The notes beneath the pieces were generated by a model, which saw only the letters and a program-made list of their open reading frames with translations, was not told where the DNA came from and made no database searches. The translations under genes and the position numbers were made by a program. Below are positions 54,630 to 64,000 of a stretch of DNA of 64,000 nucleotides, in pieces. The stretch comes from Camelus ferus. Lineage: Eukaryota. The DNA lies in NCBI RefSeq assembly GCF_009834535.1, contig NC_045696.1, positions 95,792,001 to 95,856,000 on the forward strand, read 5' to 3'. How positions within the stretch are numbered: position 1 is the stretch's first letter; each line of letters begins with the position of its first letter.

Positions 54630-54674
54630 CACTCAATTATAAGACTTAGGTTTTCGCACACAAAAATAGATAAC
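54630..54674 (-). pseudogene. Possible stub of copy C exon 2 (5' end only)
   Basis: Reads ...CENLSLII, compared with FENIGLM in copy B; adjacent 54700-54815 aligns by eye with the copy A intron 1 segment at 10590-10710. Confidence 0.5.
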
Positions 54675-57075
54675 CTACCAGAGATAAACCAAAAATAAAA
54701 ATCACAAATGCATATGAAAAAGAAATAAATTTTAAAAGCAAAGGATGTAAAGAAATACATTTTATAAACATTAATTCCAAATAAAGCAGTATAGACATCA
54801 CTGCATAAAATAGTGCATGACTGTTATCTTTGGAGGAATCTCAGACAGTCAGAGTTTCAGAATAAGAGTAACTTTATCCAAAAGCCATCCCAATAATGGC
54901 AGCTTCTTTTATACTTGGCCTAAGTATTTTTTATTGTATTACTTGAAAATAACAGATTTTATAATTCTGCTTTATTGTCTTGGTAGTCTTATTTCCAATA
55001 ATTTCCTTTCCTTTCATTATTTATTCATTCAATTTCATTCAAATGTTTAAAAATCATTTTTACCAAACTACTAAAAAGCTGTATTTTCTACTTTATGTTC
55101 ATCATCTTTTTTCTAAATTTTTAGAAATGATTTTTAGATGATTTTTTTTTTTTTTTGTATACTTTTTGTCACTGATGCAAAGTCCCTCTACATTATTTCT
55201 GTCCAGGCTTTTAAACATTTTTGTAGTATGTCATTGCAGAGTACTTTCATTATTATTATTGTATATTACCCTGTTAAGATTTTATAGAGTATTAGAAATT
55301 ATATAATCCCTCCACTTTAGAGATAAGGAAACTGAAGCCCAGAAAGTCTTATTGAGCAAATTTGCACAGCTTAGAAAATGGCAAGGCTGGATCTAACCCA
55401 GGTTTTTAGGTCAGTGTGCGATCTGCTTTTAAAAATGTATAATTAATTACTCAATTCTGTGAAAGAACCTATAGGAATTCAAAGGAAAAAGAGATTAATG
55501 AAGATCAGAGAAATCAGAAAAGGCTTTTCAGAGAAAACAAAAAAGATTGACTTTTACTTTGAAGAATGCCTGGATTATCAAAGGTAAATGAAGCATAATG
55601 AATGTGAAAGACATGCTGGGTGGCCTCCAAGGGACTATGTGTCACAATGGCACTTGCAGAAGAGGATTTTCTCATGGGAACATTCTTACGGTAACATTGC
55701 CCTGGTTTGATATAGGATACTCCCACTCTTTGCTTGGATAAAACCTTTGACAGGGCTACTGATAAAGAGATTGACCTCTTTCAGTCAGTAGATGAGAAGG
55801 TAACCCAAGTGTCCAATCAGGTGCTCACTTACTGGGGTTTCAATCTGAATTAGCAATGCAAAGTATGAGGGTCAGGGGTCAAGATGGCAGAGTAGAAGGG
55901 TTCTTGTAGCTCATCGTTTCCCACAAATACACCAAAATTCACATCCATGGGCCTACCCAGGCAACAAGAGCACCTGCTGAATTCTGACAGAATATTTCCC
56001 TCTTCAAAAGACAGACACCACAAATCTAGAAGGAGAAAAAGAGAAAAGAAAGAAGAAAAAGCAAAACAGTGCGGGACCAGTCCTGCAGGGAGAGAAGTGG
56101 CAAAGGAGGAATAGCGCTCATTTGCTGAATCTCCCCCTCTCCAGCAGAAAGGTCAGTGGGCTGGAGGGGGAACCTCCAAGGCTTGGATCTGTACGGAGCA
56201 CCCCTTGACTGACAGAACTAAGTTAAACGGGCACAGAGGGTCTCTGCAACTCCCAGCCCTAGAGGCAAAGCGGCAGGTAGGGGATGGGACAGGCTGCCCA
56301 AGCTGGGCGGAGGACTGGGGCAGCTGCACAGAGGCAACCCTGGAGGACTGCAGAGTGCAGCGTGCCATGGATGAATGGGTACACAGGGCAAAACAACCCG
56401 GGCCCTCCATAAAACAACACGGCTGATGTACCCTGGGGGGAAGGGTGCCATACCCTCATCTCTAAAAACCCGCCAAAGGTTTTCGGGAGAAGAGAGGTGG
56501 GGCTTAGCCACAGTTGCCATATCCTCCAGCGCTTAGCACCCAGGTGGGGGCAGTGTCAAAACCTGAATCTGTACCTAAGGGCTTAGCAGCCTCAAAGGCC
56601 AGATAAGATCTTTCTGCCCTGGTACCTCAGAGAACTTGCACTGCCAAGACAAACAAGGAGCTGAGTTTTGGCACAGAGCAGGGGTGGGGTTGTTCTGCCA
56701 ACTTCCCTGAGGCTGACGGAGCATGCAGCTGCACAGAGCAAAGAAGCGATCAGCGCTGGGAGAGGGCAGTGGCCACCCGCCTTCCTGGCAGGAGTGCAGC
56801 ACCTGACCACGGTGCTGGGAGGGGGAGTGACCCGCCCGCTCACTGGGAAAGAGCTCAGCACCTGACCCAGTGTTAGGAGGGGGCATGATCTGGTAGCCGA
56901 CAGACACTGGGAGCAGCACAGAAGAGGGTGCCAACAGAGGGCCTCTGGAAACAGCAAGCTGAGATTGCAAAACAGGGCGAAGACACAAAGACCTCTTTAT
57001 AAAAATCATTAAGAGCACACCATCTCCAGGAGAACTAGATAACTGATACTCCTTGAGCCACAGTGCCAGAGAGAT

Positions 57076-57978
57076 ATGAGCAATATGAAGAAGCAGAGGA
57101 ACCACTCCCAATTAAAAGATCAAGAGAAATCCCCTGAAAGCACGATCAAGGAAATAGACATTGATGGCCTACTAGATCAAGATTTCAAAAAGGAGTGATC
57201 AGTGTACTGAAGGAACTAAAAGAGATAGTGTTTAGAGATATAAAATATGTCAAAAATGAAATAGAAGCTATAAAGAAGAACCAAGTAGAATTAGTAAACT
57301 CATTTGCTGAGATGAGAGCTGACCTAAAGGCTGTACAAAGCAGGCTAGATAATGCAGAGGAATGAATAAGTGACCTAGAAGACAGGACAACAGAAAGCAC
57401 TCCAATCAGAACAGCAGAGAGAAAAACAAATAAAAAACAGTGAAAACAATATAAGGGACCTATGGGATAATATAAAGCGTGCCAATCTACACATAATAGT
57501 GGTTCCAGAAGGGGAAGGAAGAACAAAGGGAATTGAAAAGGTATTTGAAGAAATCATGACTGAAAACTTCCCAAACCTAGAGAAGGAATCAGATATCCAA
57601 GTACCGGAAGCTCAGAGGGTCCCAAACAGGAAGAACCCAAACAGACCCACACCAAGACATATCATAATCAAGATGGCCAGAGTCAAGGAGAAAGAAATGA
57701 TCCTAAAGGCAGCAAGAAAAAAACAAAGAGTGAGTTACAAGAGAAGCCCCCATAAGGCTCTCAGCGGATTTCTGTACACAAACACTACAGGCCAGAAGGG
57801 AGTGGCAAGATATATTCAAAGTCCTGAATGAAAAAAGATGCAGCCTAGGATACTCTTTCCAGCAAGGCTATCTTTCAGAATAGAAGGAGAGATAAAGAAC
57901 CTCACAGACAAGCAAAAACTAAAAGAGTTTAGCAACACTAAACCAATGCTGAAAGAAATATTGACAGGTCTACTCTAA
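57076..57978 (+). pseudogene. L1 ORF1p, disrupted
   Basis: MSNMKKQRNH..., RPTPRHIIIKM, ARREW, FPARLSF motifs; frameshifts and an in-frame TGA. Confidence 0.85.
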
Positions 57979-58491
57979 ATAGAAAAGAAGCAGGATGCTA
58001 CAAAAATGAGAAACTCATAACTGGAAAGGAGATAACTGCCATGAATTACAAAAATAATAAACACAAAATTGTAGAAGAAGACAACTAAATCATTAAGAGT
58101 GGGAGAGGGAAGCAAGGGAAGCCACTGTGGAAAACAATATGGAGATTCCTCAAAAGACTAGGAATAGACTTACCATATGACCCAGGAATCCCACTCCTGG
58201 GCATATATCCAGAGGCAAACCTACTTCAAAAAGACAGCTGCACGCCAATGTTCATAGCAGCAATATTCACAATAGCCAAGACATGGAAACAGCCTAAATG
58301 TCCATCAACAGATGACTGCATAAAGAAGATGTGGTATAGTTACACGATGGAATACTATTCAGCCACAAAAACCGACAACATAACGCCATTTGCAGCAACA
58401 TGGATGTTCCTGGAGAATGTCATCCTAAGTGAAGTAAGCCAGAAAGAGAAAGAAAAATACCATATGAGATCACTCATATGTGGAATCTAAA

Positions 58492-58494
58492 AAA

Positions 58495-58533
<39 letters not shown>

Positions 58534-58573
58534 ATACATACATACATACATACATACATACATACATACATAC
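58492..58573. repeat. (AAAT)n(ACAT)n compound microsatellite in the L1 3'UTR
   Basis: Directly visible. Confidence 0.92.
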
Positions 58574-58941
58574 AAAACAGAAACAGACTCATAGACATTG
58601 AATACAAACTTGTGGTTGCCAAGAGGGTGGGTGGTGGGAAGGGACAGATGGGGAATTCAAAATTTGTAGATACTGACAGGCATATGCAAAATAGATAAAC
58701 AAGATTATACTGTATAGCACAGGGAAGTATATATAAGATCTTGTGGTAGCTCACAGTGAAAAAAATGTGACAAGGAATATATGTATGTTCATGTATAACT
58801 GAAAAATTGTGCTCTACACTGGAAATTGACACAACATTGTAAAATAACTATAACTCAATAAAAAAAAGTTAAGGAAAAAAAAAGTATGAGAATAGTTGGA
58901 AGGATTTATTCCTGCAGCTAAATAAACCCTGGCAGTCACCC

Positions 58942-59441
58942 TGCTACTGAGTGCAAACTCGTTCTGCTCACTGCATGACAAGCCAGTACATGAGGAAACG
59001 AGGTTTTGGGGCAAGGAATAACAACTTTTGGAAAGGCAGCAGACTGAGAAGATGGTGGACTAATGTCCTAGAGAATTATCTTACCCAAGTCAGAATTCAG
59101 GCCAATTTTATACTAAAAGGGTAGGGGCTGTGGTTGGTTTTTTCAAAGTTCTTGGTGTCAGAATCCTTTGTTCTTGCAGCTGTCTCTTTAGGTCAGTAAA
59201 CCACCAACAAGACAAATGTTATTCTTTGTTCTGCAGATTTTTATCTCTATGTGAATGGAAAGTATCATACCTTTACAGATCAGAGCTTTAAGAATGGGCT
59301 ATTCTGTATATTCCAGGCTATACACAACATTTTTTTACCAAAGGTGCAGAACCAGCATGACTAAGCACAGGCAACAGAGCACAGGGTTAGAGCTAAAGGA
59401 ACAGATCTAATATGGAGTCAGATTTATTCTTCCCTCTTACA
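58942..59441 (-). mobile_element. Solo ERV LTR
   Basis: TG...CA ends, ~500 bp, imperfect 4-bp TSD accc/actc, LTR-like composition. Confidence 0.7.
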
Positions 59442-60189
59442 ACTCTAATTACTACTATTTTCTTCCCTAGAACTGCTCCAGCTCCCATATATTTTAAAGT
59501 GTCATACCATGGATTTCCTTTTACTTCAATACTATTCCCAAAGTCTTACCAAAATATAGTAGTGTGTTTTTTGTTTTTTGTTTTTCCCATAAATCTAGCC
59601 ATAGTCATATCATAATCAAGATGGGTTCTTTTGCTGGCTTTCAATACAATCTACTAGATACAATCCATATGTGGGGTGGGAACATGTAGACTATATTTCC
59701 TGTTTTCTTCCAAGGTAAAGAGACTGAACCACAGAGATTAAGTAGTTCCTGCTGACCAGATCCAAAGTCCATACTGTTTCTTCTGACAAACACAATATAT
59801 AAATTAAACATATCATTGCATCTTCATGAATATTTTTTCAAACAGCTTTACCAAGAACTATGATTACTTCTGACTTCTTGACATACGAAAAGATTTAATT
59901 TCTCTTTTAGAAACATAATGGTGCTGCAATAATTCCATCCAGTCAGAAAAAAAAAATGTATTTTGTCCCAAGTAAGCAAAAGCCACTCAATTACTAAACC
60001 AATCTTTAAATTAATTTCTCCCCTTTTCTTGTTTTTACTTTTAGAAAGGTCTGTGCATACACAGAAGCATAAAAAGTAAGTAATTTAATTCTAAAAGGAA
60101 AGTTCAAGATATTTTTAGTTAAGAAAGTAAAAGTGGAAATTTAGATTTGTATGTTCTGAGACTGTCTAATATTGACAATGAAATAAACA

Positions 60190-60715
60190 TCAGGAAATAT
60201 TTTAAACAATAATGACTGAGAATTTCCCTCAACTAATGTCAGACACCAAATAATAAATCCAGAAAGCACTGGTCAAGAACAATGCCCAAAAAACTACACT
60301 TTAGGCATATAATTTTCAAACTACAGAAAATCAAGCATTAAAAAAAAAAAAAATCTGAAAGAAGTCAGGGGAAAGAAAAAAGTAAAATTCACTTATAGAG
60401 GAAAAAAGATTTATTTCTGACTTCTCTTCTGATGTAAATAAGAAGAAACCACGTTAATAAGAAAAGAATGAAGTGAGATATTTAAAATATTGAGAGAGAG
60501 AAAAAAAAAAACACCAACCTGGAATTCTGCACCCTGAAATTATTCAATAGTGAAGGAGAAATATCTTTTCAAACAGAAATTGAGAGAATTTGTTGCCAAT
60601 AGACCTGCCTTGTAAGAAATGCTAAAAAGTTCTTTAAAGATAAGGTCAGGAACTCACATCTACATAAAGTAAAAGCATAGAAGTAGGAATAAGTAAAAGT
60701 AAAATTATAACTTGG
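60190..60715 (+). mobile_element. Old L1 ORF1 3' fragment
   Basis: gagaatttccctcaactaatgtcagacacc; gaatttgttgccaatagacctgcc. Confidence 0.7.
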
Positions 60716-62300
60716 TATGCTTCCCATTTTCCCTGCCTCACTCAGCATTTCCTTTTCCTCATTGGCCCTGATCTTTTCCCCAGGTAGGCAGCTAAACTCT
60801 TCTTTTCCCATTGTCTCAAAGATGTGAATTTCCTATGACAATCACTTTTTACCCTATAGGTCAGAGAATCAAAGTGAGAGTTCTTCTGGTTAAGAATGTT
60901 CATTTATATGATGATCCAAGAAAGAAGGAATAAGTAATGAGAGTATAAATGAATCCACTGAACTCATTGTAAGATAGACAAAACACCGATTATTACCTAA
61001 TCCCTATGTTTTCCTGCTGTAAATGGGTGGTGAGCAGGGGAAGGCGATGCCATGACGGTGCTTTGGGTCCCCCGATATGAGTGTCAGCTCAGAATCTATA
61101 TCAAACATCCCATAGAATATTTGGATATTTCCCTTTCCTCAGTGTAGCTATTCAAGCAAATAATTGTATGTCCCTTTGGGCAAGGACTGGGAGATTCGTT
61201 ACTCAATACAAACACTAGCTGTGGCACCCCAGGGTCCTTCCTAAAGATCACTCAGTCTCTCTTTCAATATATAGTTTTGAATCTAAAAGGTAGTTAATTA
61301 AGCTAGCAATATATCAGGGATTATGATGTCCTATTAGAGAAGCTAACATCAGTCTTTATCTGTTTACTTCATCTTTATTTTTCTGAAACTAGATAGGTAT
61401 TCAAGAAAAACCCTGTGAGCTACCCACAAATCTTGTCCCTCAGAACTCCTTGGTCTCTTGGCCATTATTACTAATTTCTGTGGGTCAAAGCCCCCTAGTG
61501 ACCAGTTTGGCATTGCTGTTCATCAGAGTAGATACGTCCTTTTCTATGCTGATGAAGTGCTGCCACCTGGCTTCTATTATTGCACACCCACTGATACTAT
61601 GGAATCCAATATGGTCGTGTTTTAAAAATTCTAGATACTTTAGACATTTTAATAGGTGTATAGTAGTATCTGTTCAATTTGTATTTGCCTAATAGCTAAT
61701 AATATTAGTGAGTTTTCATGCACTTTTTTGATATCCTCTCCTATCAGAGCATTACATGGTAATTTTGTTCATTTAGGGAGGGGGAGGGAGTCCTTATCAC
61801 AAGTCTATCCATATTTTTGGTGTGAAATAACAGAAAACGTCATGGAAAGTGTTACTATTTATCTTGAAAATATGTATATACTGTGTTGATTCTGGGTGAG
61901 ATTTCTTTTTTCTTTACAATCCCTCTATCAGATTGTCTATCTATAATACATGCCTTGTTCTTTTTTAATGCTTAGTCAGTAATAAAACTTCTCTTTTACT
62001 GTTGTGGAGAGGTTTTCTGAGTTAGGAGATTTTGTTTTGAGTTATATTTCTCTACCAATTCCGGTGACTAGAACAGGATGTCTAGGAGTTCCTAAATTAA
62101 ATGTACTCACTGAAGGTTTCTGGCCACACAATAGTCAGGGAAGATATTCTGAATTAGAAAAGTCTCTGTTCTAGCTCTTGCTCTTTTGGAATGATAATCA
62201 GATGCTCCAAATTCAAGACTTTACTATGGAATAAGCATGGGTAGCATGGGCTCTGAAATCCTGCCAGGCTTACCATGTGGTTGGAAATTATGAAATGTCT

Positions 62301-62775
62301 TGAAGGGGAGCAGAACATGCCACCCCAAAATACGCCTTTTTGGCATAAGGATTATTTTAGGCTGATTATGCTCTGAAAACTGAGTAGAAGTTCCCCTCTT
62401 GTATGAAATATTTACAAGAAAAATCTCCACTTGTAATGGTATCTCCCTCTCTGTACCAGGAAGAGGCAGATGACTAAATCTCTAGAAACTCTTATCTTAA
62501 ATCTGCTTAACAGCCATACCCTGTTCACTGTACTTTTTCTGGTAACCTAACATAACTGGCTGTCTACTCCTCCACCCCGCATCTGGAGAGGGTACTTAAA
62601 GCAAAGGCTTGAGCCATTTAAGGGATTTACTCATTTTCCTGGGTGACTCTCGTGATAGAGAGGTACACATGTTATTAAACTTCTATTTGATTTTCTCTGT
62701 TAATCTTTTATTACACATGAGGTCTCAGCTAAGAATCTAGAAGGATAGAGAGGAAGTTAATTTTTCTCCCCTACA
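62301..62775 (+). mobile_element. ERV1 LTR (MER34/MER39-like)
   Basis: tgaaggggagcagaacatgccaccccaaaata start, attaaa signal, ttctcccctaca end. Confidence 0.75.
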
Positions 62776-64000
62776 GCCATGAATACTGCCTATAGGTCTT
62801 TCTCTTAAAAAGTTAGTATCTTTGTCACATTTGAAATGTGTGTGTGAGAATCCAGTTTTGCAGTTGCCTGAAGATGCTTCCTTTGATTTGAATAAATTAA
62901 CATATTTGCTGGGGTTTTTAAGACAGTCTTTATCTCAAGTAAATGAATCATTGGTATTTATGGGATAAAAATCATTCTAAGGAAAAAAAAAAAACCTAAA
63001 AAATGATTTAGATAGCCAGAAGAAAAAAAAATTGAGGAAAATGGAAGAAGAAATGTGAGATTTCAAGGCACTGGTCATTTCATAAAAAGCCTCCTCCTTC
63101 CTTACTGTCCGTTCTCCCTCTGCTCCTCCTGTGTCACTTTATTGTCCCAGCCTCAAACTGACTCCAGGGAACGGGGAGGCAATGATCTTTACGACAGCAG
63201 TTGCCTTTGTTAGGCAATGTCCCTGTAGAGAGGGACAGAAGGTCACAACTTCTCCAACTGGTAATCAATTATGTTCCCTGTTTGAGGACACAAGTTTGTG
63301 CACCTGGTTACTTAGGTCTGCGTCTTAGCTCAGATCTACCTCTGCAAGTCCCTTCTCAGCCAGAAGCCATGTAGCTAGGAAAGCAGACATAATGAAGAGG
63401 CCTGATGGTTGAGAACTTGGAGAAACCTGTGGCCCTAAGTGAAGGCAATACATTGGGAAGTTGCTGCATAGTCACTTGCCAAAAGGCAAAAGAACAAGGT
63501 GTTAGGTTGATAAACGTCAACACAGGAAGGAAACCAAAGTGCCATCTAATTTACATTTTTCTTGTCTTAATATGAAGAAAACAAGACCTTCCTATTCGGA
63601 TCACCAGCAAAGCTGATGTCACTGAGATGCTACCCAGGGTAGTTCACGTGACTTTCTCGCCAGCTGATATGAGGCACTGAGCAAGTAAGACTGGCAGTGG
63701 TGCTATGCTGCGGTGACTTCTTATGAAATTTGGAAGTTTGGAGGGATTTGGTGGGGTTTTACTTATTTTCTTTTTGATCTGGAATTAAGTCTACACAAGC
63801 AGGTAAGTTAATAGCAGTTCCGAGAGCTGTAATTCTTGGTTTATTCACTCACAATGAGTCTGTATATTACCAAATATATGCGTAGTATTGGTCACCCAAC
63901 AGGGTAAAAAAAATTTTTTTAAGGGTTCCTAGGGTGCCCCAGTCCCATAGGGGCAGTCGGTGGCCCAGAAAAAGGCTGTGGAGCTTAGCCTGGTCCGTCG

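Larger units (their letters stand above)
55870..58880 (+). mobile_element. ORF1-only (HAL1-like) L1 derivative, ~3.0 kb
   Basis: 10-bp TSD aaagtatgag (55860-55869, 58881-58890); GC-rich 5'UTR starting ggggtcaagatggc; ORF1 57076-57978; jump at 58121/58122 to the ORF2 C-terminus; 3'UTR and A tail. Confidence 0.92.

Noticed and set aside
56153..57111. Cluster of long overlapping ORFs, including a 178-aa antisense ORF (ORF0-like?)
   Set aside because: Lies in the GC-rich L1 5'UTR where stops are rare; the 178-aa ORF starts at TTG and has no recognisable domain.
1..64000. CRISPR arrays, operons or prokaryotic defence systems
   Set aside because: No regularly spaced repeats; the sequence is intron-containing mammalian DNA and most short ORFs are chance or repeat-derived.

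Overview
AT-rich mammalian genomic DNA, probably camelid (inferred from three tRNA-Ala-derived vic-1-like SINEs). It holds a minus-strand tandem array of three arylacetamide-deacetylase-like (AADACL2-family) gene copies. Copy B (43066->23611) is an intact 5-exon gene (138/223/70/172/603 nt, all GT-AG) encoding a 401-aa signal-anchored serine hydrolase with HGGA and Ser189/Asp341/His371. Copy A (13517->3586, exons 1-4 visible) is the most human-AADACL2-like by my recall but is a pseudogene: two TGA stops, two 1-nt deletions, and HGGG changed to HSDA. Copy C (~51694-60180) is a heavily decayed relic. The rest is mostly L1, ERV/MaLR LTRs, L2/MIR, hAT elements and microsatellites. I found no convincing new biological system. 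The best leads are (1) a TSD-flanked ORF1-only L1 whose ORF2 deletion ends at a splice-acceptor-like CAG, (2) an ~870-bp non-coding block duplicated upstream of A and B with unusually long identical runs, (3) apparent loss of the orthologue-like copy with survival of a divergent paralogue, and (4) a SINE with an apparent 3' transduction. Repeat family names and comparisons with human proteins come from recognition and recall, not database searches.
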